Shown here: in pieces, positions 52,340 through 64,000 of the stretch
How positions within the stretch are numbered: position 1 is the first letter of the stretch
Layout: every line of letters starts with the position of its first letter
Assembly: GCA_044892505.1 (NCBI GenBank)
Contig: CM097883.1
Location: 284,146,001-284,210,000, forward strand
DNA from: Schmidtea nova
Taxonomy: Eukaryota
DNA: 64,000 nucleotides
Direction: 5' to 3'
The notes under the pieces: model-generated
The model's input: the letters and a program-made list of their open reading frames with translations, nothing else
Databases searched by the model: none
What the model was told of the DNA's origin: nothing
Program-made: the position numbers and the translations under genes

Positions 52340-53999
52340 TTAAATAATATTTATGATGATATAGTTACTTTGTCTGACTCTGATAATGATATAATTATTA
52401 TTTCTGATGACGATACCCCATAAATGTTCAAAATGGTAGGTNNNNNNNNNNNNNNNNNNNNNNNNNNNNNNNNNNNNNNNNNNNNNNNNNNNNNNNNNNN
52501 NNNNNNNNNNNNNNNNNNNNNNNNNNNNNNNNNNNNNNNNNNNNNNNNNNNNNNNNNNNNNNNNNNNNNNNNNNNNNNNNNNNNCATCAAATGAAAGGTC
52601 AAATAATAATTTTTATTCGTTTCCGTAACTAAATAAACAACATTCAAATGGACTTTCGAGAGGATTTCGGGAGAATCGTCAAATCGAACTATGACATCGA
52701 ACTATAACATCGCTTGGATTTTATCATTAGATTGTTGTTTGTAATGAACACTACGTAAAAGAATAGAGAAAGGCTCTCCGTGATTTGTTCGGCTAATGAT
52801 TTGAGACCAAGAAAACCAGCGCGCTTCAGGGATTTGTATATCGTTGTTGAGTTGTTAATTTGCATCATGAATAAATGTGATCACACAAGGCACAGTGAAA
52901 CATTTTGCGCAATCATAATCTCCTTTTATCGCTTTTTCGGTGCACATCTTTGTGATTGTGATCAATGATTCAGCTGAATCCGTCCTCAAAGACACCTCTG
53001 AATCGTTGAAAATTAATATCAGAGCATTCAATAATGCTGATGAAATGTTGCTGCTGTTTTCTGAATATTGTCGGCTCTGAATATACATCATGGCTTTTTG
53101 AAACACTTGTTTACGATAGAAATAATCTTCACATTTAAATTTCGTTATCAATTGACTTTCAAAATTATTATCAGGTCCAGGTGATTCTGTATAATCGGGA
53201 AAAGGCCATTCATCAAATTCCAGATAATGCATCCTCAATTAAAATACAAATCATTAATAATTCATAATAATTCCAAAATCCATTAATCCGATCATACATT
53301 TTGAAAAAACCAAATCCCAAAAACTCCAAAATGACACGATAAAACAAAAACTCCAAATCTAATAAAAAATAATAAATCAATTTCACCAAATAACAACCAA
53401 ATTACCCACGCGAACACAGACGCGATAAACAAACATACAACCACGCACACAGACGCAGTACAAAATCTTTAAGCTACGCGCACACAGACGCGATAACAAA
53501 AATTATCATACAGACAATGCGCTTACCCAAAATGATAATGATATAATTATTATTTCTGATGACGATACTCCATAAATGTTCAAAATGGTAGGTCNNNNNN
53601 NNNNNNNNNNNNNNNNNNNNNNNNNNNNNNNNNNNNNNNNNNNNNNNNNNNNNNNNNNNNNNNNNNNNNNNNNNNNNNNNNNNNNNNNNNNNNNNNNNNN
53701 NNNNNNNNNNNNNNNNNNNNNNNNNNNNNNNNNNNNNNNNNNNNNNNNNNNNNNNNNNNNNNNNNNNNNNNNNNNNNNNNNNNNNNNNNNNNNNNNNNNN
53801 NNNNNNNNNNNNNNNNNNNNNNNNNNNNNNNNNNNNNNNNNNNNNNNNNNNNNNNNNNNNNNNNNNNNNNNNNNNNNNNNNNNNNNNNNNNNNNNNCCCA
53901 TCTAAAAATATATAGTTAAATAATATTTATGATGATATAGTTACTTTGTCTGACTCTGATAATGATATAATTATTATTTCTGATGACGATACCCCATAA
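52340..53999 (+). repeat. Three copies of a ~100-bp unit (52340-52441, 53531-53594, 53916-54018), each followed by N or (AAT)n
   Basis: ...GATAATGATATAATTATTATTTCTGATGACGATAC(C/T)CCATAAATGTTCAAAATGGTAGGT repeated. Confidence 0.85.
52770..53238 (-). pseudogene. PPP4R1: PP4 regulatory subunit 1 (HEAT) N-terminal fragment, intronless
   Basis: ITKFKCEDYFYRKQV / LLNALILIFNDSEVSLRTDSAESLITITKMCTE / KCFTVPCVITFIHDANN parallel PP4R1 LDKYAASENIFNRQMV / VLERISRLADDSEPTVRAELMEQVPHIALFCQE / SKFLLPIVVRYLADQNN (recalled from memory). Confidence 0.65.
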
Positions 54000-54049
54000 A
54001 TGTTCAAAATGGTAGGTCCGTTCTTCCAAAAGTTTAATAATAATAATAA

Positions 54050-54091
<42 letters not shown>

Positions 54092-54092
54092 T

Positions 54093-54250
54093 AGTAGAGT
54101 AGGGGGAGCGCCCAAGAACAGGAACAGACCCCCCTCCCCCCTAAAATTTTTTTTTACCCCCCCGAAAAAAAAATTTTTTTTGTTTAAATGAAGTGAATTT
54201 TTAAATTTAAATTTTTTGTTTAAATGAAGTCAATTTAATTTTATTATTTT
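54093..54250. mobile_element. Unclassified element terminus (second copy 63350-63543)
   Basis: AGTAGAGTAGGG(G/A)GAGCGCCCAAGAACAGGAACAGACCCCCCTCCCCC shared; the second copy abruptly interrupts a satellite. Confidence 0.5.
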
Positions 54251-54779
54251 NNNNNNNNNNNNNNNNNNNNNNNNNNNNNNNNNNNNNNNNNNNNNNNNNN
54301 NNNNNNNNNNNNNNNNNNNNNNNNNNNNNNNNNNNNNNNNNNNNNNNNNNNNNNNNNNNNNNNNNNNNNNNNNNNNNNNNNNNNNNNNNNNNNNNNNNNN
54401 NNNNNNTTAATTATTAATTTTAATTTATTTTTAATTTATTTTTAATAATTTATTTTTAATAATTTATTTTTAATAATTTATTTTTATTAATTTATTTTTA
54501 TTAATTTTTATTAATTTTTATTAATTATTTTTAATTTATTTTAATTTATTTTTAATAATTTATTTTTAATAATTTATTTTAATAATTTATTTTTATTAAT
54601 TTATTTTTATTAATTTTTATTAATTTATATTAATTATTAATTTTAATTAATTTTTATTTATTTTTAATAATTTATTTTTAATAATTTATTTTTATTAATT
54701 TATTTTTATTAATTTTTATTAATTTATATTAATTATTAATTTTAATTTATTTATTTTAATTTATTTTTATTAATTTTTG

Positions 54780-55690
54780 TAAAGGATTGGTTATTTTGTA
54801 TATGATTTTCTACTCCGTGATTTTCTAGGGCAAAAAGGGACTCTGGGTTTTTTGTACATGAAATTTTTGATCTGGATTTTTGAATACATTATTTTGATCT
54901 GGTTATTTTTGTAAAGGAATTTTACTCTGGTTATTTTGAATAGGATTTTCAACTCCGAGATTTTCTCGGGCAAAAAGGGACTCTGGGTTTTTTTTACATG
55001 GAATTTTTATACATGAATTTTTGGTCTGGTATTTTTTGTATAGGATTTTTAGTCCTATTATTTTGAATAAGATTTTCAACTCCCATATTTTTCTCAGGCA
55101 AAAAGGGATTCTGATAATTTTGAACTGAAAATTTAATGGTAAATAAAAAACACGTGTAAATTTTTTAAACAAGTAAATTATCATTAAAGTATTTTGTATA
55201 GGATTTTCTACTCCGAGATTTTTCTCGGGCAAAAATAGACTCTGGTAATTTTTAACTGAAATTTTAATGCTAAATAAAAAACACGTGTAAATTTTAAAAC
55301 TAGTAAATTAGTTAGAAATTATTTTGAATAGGATTTTCAACTCCCATATTTTCTATGGCAAAAATAGACTCTGATAATTTTGAACTGAAATTTTAATGGT
55401 TAATAAAAAACACGTGTAAATTTTTTAAACAAGTAAATTATCATTAAAGTATTTTGAATAGGATTTTCTACTCCGAGATTTTTATCGGTCAAAAAGGGAC
55501 TCTGGGTTTTTTGTACATGAATTTTTGATCTAGATTTTTGAATACAATATTTTGATCTGATATTTTGTAGTGTTTTTACTCTGGTTATTTTGTATAGGAT
55601 TTTCAACTCCCAGATATTTTCTAGGGCAAAAAGGGACTCTGGTAATTTTGAATATGATTTTTGATCTTGATTTTGATTTTGAAATAATAT
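54780..55690. repeat. Satellite A: complex tandem array with a CCGAGA-TTT-TCTCGG hairpin motif (also ~58941-59700, 62832-63349)
   Basis: Recurrent CTCCGAGATTTTCTCGGGCAAAAAGGGACTCTGG subunits of variable length. Confidence 0.85.
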
Positions 55691-55789
55691 TTTGGTCGGG
55701 GAAAATTAAAAAGTGGTCAGAATCAAAAAATTTTTATATCAATCTACTGAGAATTGAAAGACAAAAAATAATGGCCAAAAATTTAAAAA

Positions 55790-56580
55790 AATGAAAAATT
55801 GATTTTTTCCGACCCAATTTTTACACGTAAAAATGGTCAACTCGGGGAAATTCCAAAAATCAAAAATGCTCAGAATTCAATAATTTTTATACCATTCTAC
55901 TGAGAATCGAATGGCGAACAAAAAGGTTCAAAAAGTAAAAACATGAAAATTTGACTTTTCCGACTCAATTTTTACACGTAAAAATGGTCAACTCGGGGAA
56001 ATTCGAAAAATAAAAAATGCTCAGAATTCAATAATTTTTATACCATTCTACTGAGAATCGAATGGCGAACAAAAAAGGTTCAAAAAGTAAAAACATGAAA
56101 ATTTGACTTTTCCGACTCAATTTTTACACGTAAAAATGGTCAACTCGGGGAAATTCGAAAAATCAAAAATGCTCAGAATTCAATAATTTTTATACCATTC
56201 TACTGAGAATCGAATGGCGAACAAAAAAGGTTCAAAAAGTAAAAACATGAAAATTTGACTTTTCCGACTCAATTTTTACACGTAAAAATGGTCAACTCGG
56301 GGAAATTCCAAAAATCAAAAATGCTCAGAATCAAATAATTTTTATACCAATCTACTGAGAATTGAATGGGGAACAAAAAAGGGTCAAAAAGTAAAAACAT
56401 GAAAATTTTGACTTTTCCGACTCAATTTTTACATGTAAAAATGATCGACTCGGGGAAATTCCAAAAATTAAAATGTTGTCAGAATTCAATAATTTTTATA
56501 CCAATCTACTGAGAATTGAAAGGCAAACAATAATGGTCAAAAAATTAAAATCATGAAAAAATCAAAATTTAATACGTAAA
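55790..56580. repeat. Satellite B: ~152-bp monomer, 5 copies (4 copies at ~59830-60470)
   Basis: ACGTAAAA anchor at 55825, 55976, 56128, 56280, 56433; second array 59867, 60019, 60171, 60324. Confidence 0.92.
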
Positions 56581-57607
56581 AATACAGTCTCAGTAAAAAA
56601 GGGTAAAATACATAAAAACGTGGAAATATTTAAAATAAAAATTTTTAAACTAAATAATTAAATCTAAATAAATTTATGATAATTAAATAAAAAAGTAAAT
56701 AAATTCTATACGAATTTCAAAACTCTATAAATAATTCACTCATTATTTTGTATTGAATTTATCAAGTAAAATGATACATTAAATAAAAGCATGGAAATAA
56801 TAAGTAAATTAAACTTAGAATTCAAATTCAAGAAAATTTATTTTAATTACAAAACCTTAAAAGAAAAAAAAATTTGTATTTGAAAAAGTTATTAGTTTTT
56901 AGTAAATTCTTTAATTTTTTTTATTTTTTATTGTTTGGATTCCGGCGCAAAATATAGAATTTTAGAGTTTCATTGATAAAAAAAGTTTGGTAAAAAAATT
57001 GTAACAATTGCTCATAAAAAAAGTCAAAATATTTAAACACATCAACAATACCACCTAAAAATGGATAAAGCATTTTTTCAAAGAAGTGCTTAAAATGATT
57101 CACAAGTTTTAATTTAGGGCTCGTAAAATTAAATCTTACCAGATCTTACAGAATTTTCATTAAAAAAATTTTAATAAGAAAATTTTATATTAGAAAATTT
57201 TTAATTAGAAAAATTTATAAAAAATTATTTATTATATCGTCATTGTGTAGAAATAAGTTTTGAAACAAATTTTAGATATTATGAATGTTAATTTTAAAAT
57301 TTTATTTGTTTTAATATTAAAATATTAATATTAATAATATTAAATTTTAATATTAAAATATTAAAACAGTTAAATAATAATTTTATTTTATTAATAATAA
57401 TTTTATTATTTAATTATAATTTATTAAAGAGAAAATTATTTAATTATATACGACATTTAATATTAAAATTAATATTAAAATATTAATATATTGAAACAGT
57501 TAAATAATAATTTTATTTTATTAATAATAATTTTATTATTTAATAATAATTTATTAAAGAGAAAATTATTTAATTATATATGACATTTAATATTTCACTG
57601 ATATTAT

Positions 57608-58579
57608 TTATTTTATCTTAAAACGTTTGCCACCAATTGTTACTGTATTTTGATTTTTGCTCTTTTTTGTCTGTTTTACCCTAGGACTATCACTATTGTT
57701 GGCGCTTGCACTGCCTAAAGGCACTTTGCACAATTTTGCCCATTGGTTGAGCAGTCTTATAGCAATTGTTTTATTTTCCGACGTTTCATCTGGATGCTTA
57801 CAAAGGTGATAAACCGCTTCATATATATTGCTATCCTTAATGTCGACCGATGAAATAATATTGAATTCTAGGAGACCTTGCAACAAAATCGTCCTTATAT
57901 CTATTGCGGGCAGCCGGTTACCTTTCAATGGTTTTAACCATCCGGCCATTGCTGATAGAAATTCGCATTCAATTAATAAGCTTTTCACGTTTTTCTCACT
58001 AGATTTCCTAAGCATATCTTCTACTTGTTGCAAAACTTCTAGTTGTTCCTCGCAAGGCTCGGTTTTTAAATTTAATTTTTCGTCAGTTTCGCGCGCTGAT
58101 TGCATTTTGTTTATCAACTGAAAAATTGGGATTTTTTTCCGGTCTTTGTCAATATTTTTGTTTGCGTCCGATTGGATTCTTTTTTTCGATTTTTTTGCTA
58201 TTTTATTTCTGACATTCTCAAAGGCGGTTAAAATATTTTTGTTTTCATTGTCATTATCGGGACCGGATTTTGTTGTTTTATTTCGATTGGGTTTTAATAT
58301 TACTTTGGCATTGTTTTCATTTTGCTTTATTGATGATTTTCTAGCAACTGTTTTAATTGGGGATTTTTTTATACTTTCTAAACTGCTTTCCTCGTCAGAA
58401 TCACCAAAAAGGTCTTTGCAAATCTGCCGTGATGAATCGTTTTTGGAGCTGGAATTTGTCAGTTTTGATGGCAAGTTTACAGTGAAATCAATTTCATAAT
58501 CAGAATCAGAATCACCTAGCAAGTCTTTGACTAGTTTCTTGGAAGCTTTTTTATTGTTTAAATTGTTTGTTGTTTTCAT
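57608..58579 (-). CDS. IWS1: IWS1-like protein, intronless, copy 2 (323 aa)
   Basis: Same domain as copy 1; open frame. Confidence 0.8.
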   Translation of the reverse strand: MKTTNNLNNKKASKKLVKDLLGDSDSDYEIDFTVNLPSKLTNSSSKNDSSRQICKDLFGDSDEESSLESIKKSPIKTVARKSSIKQNENNAKVILKPNRNKTTKSGPDNDNENKNILTAFENVRNKIAKKSKKRIQSDANKNIDKDRKKIPIFQLINKMQSARETDEKLNLKTEPCEEQLEVLQQVEDMLRKSSEKNVKSLLIECEFLSAMAGWLKPLKGNRLPAIDIRTILLQGLLEFNIISSVDIKDSNIYEAVYHLCKHPDETSENKTIAIRLLNQWAKLCKVPLGSASANNSDSPRVKQTKKSKNQNTVTIGGKRFKIK

Positions 58580-61498
58580 TTTTATTATTTTATTATTGAA
58601 ACTTTTAAATAGAAATGAAATATATATTTATATAATTTAATTAAATTTTGATTGGTCAAAATAATAATTTTAATTAATTTAAAATGTTTAAAATCTAAAA
58701 TGATATCAAATAATAATATCAATTATTGGTAATCACATTATTCTTATTTATTTTTACGTATAATTATGGCTGACATCTTGGTTCAAACATATTCCATTTT
58801 TTTCGTTTCAAGGTTTGTTAGTAAATACTAAAAAACAATTTCTAGAAGAAAATTAATTTTTTATTAATTTATTAATTTTTATTAATTTATATTAATTATT
58901 AATTTTAATTTATTTATTTTAATTTATTTTTATTAATTTTTGTAAAGGATTTTTACTCTGGTTATTTTGTATATGATTTTCTACTCCGTGATTTTCTAGG
59001 GCAAAAAGGGACTCTGGGTTTTTTGTACATGAAATTTTTGATCTGGATTTTTGAATACATTATTTTGATCTGGTTATTTTTGTAAAGGAATTTTACTCTG
59101 GTTATTTTGAATAGGATTTTCAACTCCGAGATTTTCTCGGGCAAAAAGGGACTCTGGGTTTTTTGTACATGGAATTTTTATACATGAATTTTTGGTCTGG
59201 TATTTTTTGTATAGGATTTTTAGTCCTATTATTTTGAATAAGATTTTCAACTCCCATATTTTTCTCAGGCAAAAAGGGATTCTGATAATTTTGAACTGAA
59301 AATTTAATGGTAAATAAAAAACACGTGTAAATTTTTTAAACAAGTAAATTATCATTAAAGTATTTTGTATAGGATTTTCTACTCCGAGATTTTTCTCGGG
59401 CAAAAATAGACTCTGATAATTTTGAACTGAAATTTTAATGGTTAATAAAAAACACGTGTAAATTTTTTAAACAAGTAAATTATCATTAAAGTATTTTGAA
59501 TAGGATTTTCTACTCCGAGATTTTTATCGGTCAAAAAGGGACTCTGGGTTTTTTGTACATGAATTTTTGATCTAGATTTTTGAATACAATATTTTGATCT
59601 GATATTTTGTAGTGTTTTTACTCTGGTTATTTTGTATAGGATTTTCAACTCCCAGATATTTTCTAGGGCAAAAAGGGACTCTGGTAATTTTGAATATGAT
59701 TTTTGATCTTGATTTTGATTTTGAAATAATATTTTGGTCGGGGAAAATTAAAAAGTGGTCAGAATCAAAAAATTTTTATATCAATCTACTGAGAATTGAA
59801 AGACAAAAAATAATGGCCAAAAATTTAAAAAAATGAAAAATTGATTTTTTCCGACCCAATTTTTACACGTAAAAATGGTCAACTCGGGGAAATTCCAAAA
59901 ATCAAAAATGCTCAGAATTCAATAATTTTTATACCATTCTACTGAGAATCGAATGGCGAACAAAAAAGGTTCAAAAAGTAAAAACATGAAAATTTGACTT
60001 TTCCGACTCAATTTTTACACGTAAAAATGGTCAACTCGGGGAAATTCGAAAAATCAAAAATGCTCAGAATTCAATAATTTTTATACCATTCTACTGAGAA
60101 TCGAATGGCGAACAAAAAAGGTTCAAAAAGTAAAAACATGAAAATTTGACTTTTCCGACTCAATTTTTACACGTAAAAATGGTCAACTCGGGGAAATTCC
60201 AAAAATCAAAAATGCTCAGAATCAAATAATTTTTATACCAATCTACTGAGAATTGAATGGGGAACAAAAAAGGGTCAAAAAGTAAAAACATGAAAATTTT
60301 GACTTTTCCGACTCAATTTTTACATGTAAAAATGATCGACTCGGGGAAATTCCAAAAATTAAAATGTTGTCAGAATTCAATAATTTTTATACCAATCTAC
60401 TGAGAATTGAAAGGCAAACAATAATGGTCAAAAAATTAAAATCATGAAAAAATCAAAATTTTATACGTAAAAATACAGTCTCAGTAAAAAAGGGTAAAAT
60501 ACATAAAAACGTGGAAATATTTAAAATAAAAATTTTTAAACTAAATAATTAAATCTAAATAAATTTATGATAATTAAATAAAAAAGTAAATAAATTCTAT
60601 ACGAATTTCAAAACTCTATAAATAATTCACTCATTATTTTGTATTGAATTTATCAAGTAAAATGATACATTAAATAAAAGCATGGAAATAATAAGTAAAT
60701 TAAACTTAGAATTCAAATTCAAGAAAATTTATTTTAATTACAAAACCTTAAAAGAAAAAAAAATTTGTATTTGAAAAAGTTATTAGTTTTTAGTAAATTC
60801 TTTAATTTTTTTTATTTTTTATTGTTTGGATTCCGGCGCAAAATATAGAATTTTAGAGTTTCATTGATAAAAAAAGTTTGGTAAAAAAATTGTAACAATT
60901 GCTCATAAAAAAAGTCAAAATATTTAAACACATCAACAATACCACCTAAAAATGGATAAAGCATTTTTTCAAAGAAGTGCTTAAAATGATTCACAAGTTT
61001 TAATTTAGGGCTCGTAAAATTAAATCTTACCAGATCTTACAGAATTTTCATTAAAAAAATTTTAATAAGAAAATTTTTCATTAGAAAATTTTTAATTAGA
61101 AAAATTTATAAAAAATTATTTATTATATCGTCATTGTGTAGAAATAAGTTTTGAAACAAATTTTAGATATTATGAATGTTAATTTTAAAATTTTATTTGT
61201 TTTAATATTAAAATATTAATATTAATAATATTAAATTTTAATATTAAAATATTAAAACAGTTAAATAATAATTTTATTTTATTAATAATAATTTTATTAT
61301 TTAATAATAATTTATTAAAGAGAAAATTATTTAATTATATACGACATTTAATATTAAAATTAATATTAAAATATTAATATATTGAAACAGTTAAATAATA
61401 ATTTTATTTTATTAATAATAATTTTATTATTTAATAATAATTTATTAAAGAGAAAATTATTTAATTATATATGACATTTAATATTTCACTGATATTAT

Positions 61499-62470
61499 TT
61501 ATTTTATCTTAAAACGTTTGCCACCAATTGTTACTGTATTTTGATTTTTGCTCTTTTTTGTCTGTTTTACCCTAGGACTATCACTATTGTTGGCGCTTGC
61601 ACTGCCTAAAGGCACTTTGCACAATTTTGCCCATTGGTTGAGCAGTCTTATAGCAATTGTTTTATTTTCCGACGTTTCATCTGGATGCTTACAAAGGTGA
61701 TAAACCGCTTCATATATATTGCTATCCTTAATGTCGACCGATGAAATAATATTGAATTCTAGGAGACCTTGCAACAAAATCGTCCTTATATCTATTGCGG
61801 GCAGCCGGTTACCTTTCAATGGTTTTAACCATCCGGCCATTGCTGATAGAAATTCGCATTCAATTAATAAGCTTTTCACGTTTTTCTCACTAGATTTCCT
61901 AAGCATATCTTCTACTTGTTGCAAAACTTCTAGTTGTTCCTCGCAAGGCTCGGTTTTTAAATTTAATTTTTCGTCAGTTTCGCGCGCTGATTGCATTTTG
62001 TTTATCAACTGAAAAATTGGGATTTTTTTCCGGTCTTTGTCAATATTTTTGTTTGCGTCCGATTGGATTCTTTTTTTCGATTTTTTTGCTATTTTATTTC
62101 TGACATTCTCAAAGGCGGTTAAAATATTTTTGTTTTCATTGTCATTATCGGGACCGGATTTTGTTGTTTTATTTCGATTGGGTTTTAATATTACTTTGGC
62201 ATTGTTTTCATTTTGCTTTATTGATGATTTTCTAGCAACTGTTTTAATTGGGGATTTTTTTATACTTTCTAAACTGCTTTCCTCGTCAGAATCACCAAAA
62301 AGGTCTTTGCAAATCTGCCGTGATGAATCGTTTTTGGAGCTGGAATTTGTCAGTTTTGATGGCAAGTTTACAGTGAAATCAATTTCATAATCAGAATCAG
62401 AATCACCTAGCAAGTCTTTGACTAGTTTCTTGGAAGCTTTTTTATTGTTTAAATTGTTTGTTGTTTTCAT
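61499..62470 (-). CDS. IWS1: IWS1-like protein, intronless, copy 3 (323 aa, same protein as copy 2)
   Basis: Track translation identical to copy 2. Confidence 0.8.
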   Translation of the reverse strand: MKTTNNLNNKKASKKLVKDLLGDSDSDYEIDFTVNLPSKLTNSSSKNDSSRQICKDLFGDSDEESSLESIKKSPIKTVARKSSIKQNENNAKVILKPNRNKTTKSGPDNDNENKNILTAFENVRNKIAKKSKKRIQSDANKNIDKDRKKIPIFQLINKMQSARETDEKLNLKTEPCEEQLEVLQQVEDMLRKSSEKNVKSLLIECEFLSAMAGWLKPLKGNRLPAIDIRTILLQGLLEFNIISSVDIKDSNIYEAVYHLCKHPDETSENKTIAIRLLNQWAKLCKVPLGSASANNSDSPRVKQTKKSKNQNTVTIGGKRFKIK

Positions 62471-63956
62471 TTTTATTATTTTATTATTGAAACTTTTAAA
62501 TAGAAATGAAATATATATTTATATAATTTAATTAAATTTTGATTGGTCAAAATAATAATTTTAATTAATTTAAAATGTTTAAAATCTAAAATGATATCAA
62601 ATAATAATATCAATTATTGGTAATCACATTATTCTTATTTATTTTTACGTATAATTATGGCTGACATCTTGGTTCAAACATATTCCATTTTTTTCGTTTC
62701 AAGGTTTGTTAGTAAATACTAAAAAACAATTTCTAGAAGAAAATTAATTTTTTATTAATTTATTAATTTTTATTAATTTATATTAATTATTAATTTTAAT
62801 TTATTTATTTTAATTTATTTTTATTAATTTTTGTAAAGGAATTTTACTCTGGTTATTTTGTATATGATTTTCTACTCCGTGATTTTCTAGGGCAAAAAGG
62901 GACTCTGGGTTTTTTGTACATGAAATTTTTGATCTGGATTTTTGAATACATTATTTTGATCTGGTTATTTTTGTAAAGGAATTTTACTCTGGTTATTTTG
63001 AATAGGATTTTCAACTCCGAGATTTTCTCGGGCAAAAAGGGACTCTGGGTTTTTTGTACATGGAATTTTTATACATGAATTTTTGGTCTGGTATTTTTTG
63101 TATAGGATTTTTAGTCCTATTATTTTGAATAAGATTTTCAACTCCCATATTTTTCTCAGGCAAAAAGGGATTCTGATAATTTTGAACTGAAAATTTAATG
63201 GTAAATAAAAAACACGTGTAAATTTTTTAAACAAGTAAATTATCATTAAAGTATTTTGTATAGGATTTTCTACTCCGAGATTTTTCTCGGGCAAAAATAG
63301 ACTCTGGTAATTTTTAACTGAAATTTTAATGCTAAATAAAAAACACGTGAGTAGAGTAGGGAGAGCGCCCAAGAACAGGAACAGACCCCCCTCCCCCCCT
63401 AAAAAAAAATTTTTTTACCCCCCCCCAAAAAAAAATTTTTGTTTAAACGAAGTGAATTTTTAAAATTTTTTATTTTGTTTAAATGAAGTGAATTTTTAAT
63501 TTTAATTTTTTGTTTAAATGAAGTCAATTTAATTTCTTATTTTNNNNNNNNNNNNNNNNNNNNNNNNNNNNNNNNNNNNNNNNNNNNNNNNNNNNNNNNN
63601 NNNNNNNNNNNNNNNNNNNNNNNNNNNNNNNNNNNNNNNNNNNNNNNNNNNNNNNNNNNNNNNNNNNNNNNNNNNNNNNNNNNNNNNNNNNNNNNNNNNN
63701 NNNNNNNNNNNNNNNNNNNNNNNNNNNNNNNNNNNNNNNNNNNNNNNNNNNNNNNNNNNNNNNNNNNNNNNNNNNNAAATAATTTATTTTTAATTAATTA
63801 ATTTTTATTTATTTTTATTTATTTATTTTAATTAATATTTATTTTAATTAATTTATATTTATTTATTTTAATTTATATTTATTTAAATTAATTTTTATTT
63901 TTATATTTTCGGTTCAGTTTGAATAATAATAATAAAAACTTAGAAAAAATTTTTAA

Positions 63957-64000
<44 letters not shown>

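Larger units (their letters stand above)
54770..63349. repeat. Head-to-tail segmental repeat (period 3891 bp; first unit ~4.16 kb): satellite A + 152-bp satellite B + AT-rich spacer + IWS1
   Basis: IWS1 ORFs at 57608 and 61499 are 3891 apart; unit starts at ~54779, 58941 and 62832; third unit cut at 63349. Confidence 0.95.

Noticed and set aside
55790-60470. CRISPR-like array
   Set aside because: Whole ~152-bp monomers repeat with no unique spacers; eukaryotic context.

Overview
AT-rich eukaryotic genomic window (spliceosomal introns of about 34-100 nt; organism not identifiable from sequence alone) dominated by nested transposable elements, with N-runs usually next to simple repeats. Host-type genes: an ankyrin-repeat gene with a Penelope element in one intron, a truncated STE/MAP3K-like kinase, and three intact intronless IWS1-like ORFs, two of them in a ~3.9 kb satellite-laden tandem unit. 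Mobile elements: Ty3/gypsy copies, a Penelope element (RT + GIY-YIG) with inverted pseudo-LTR and hammerhead-like motifs, an RLE-type non-LTR element, two hAT elements, a probable piggyBac 5' end and a Polinton-type integrase fragment. Main highlights: (1) a complete, recent, non-autonomous LTR element at 40921-46033 (731-bp LTRs identical by eye, ACTAA TSD, tRNAi-Met PBS, PPT) carrying intronless fragments of a HECT E3 ligase (inside the LTR), glutathione reductase, mitochondrial Hsp70 and polyubiquitin, the last two fused in frame to a BEL/Pao-type Gag; (2) two Mag-type gypsy copies whose Gag starts with a diverged ubiquitin-like domain, so ubiquitin-fold/Gag fusions occur in two unrelated LTR lineages here; (3) several dispersed repeat families whose copies differ by compensatory base changes, indicating conserved RNA-like structures. 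All alignments and counts were done by eye and need computational confirmation.
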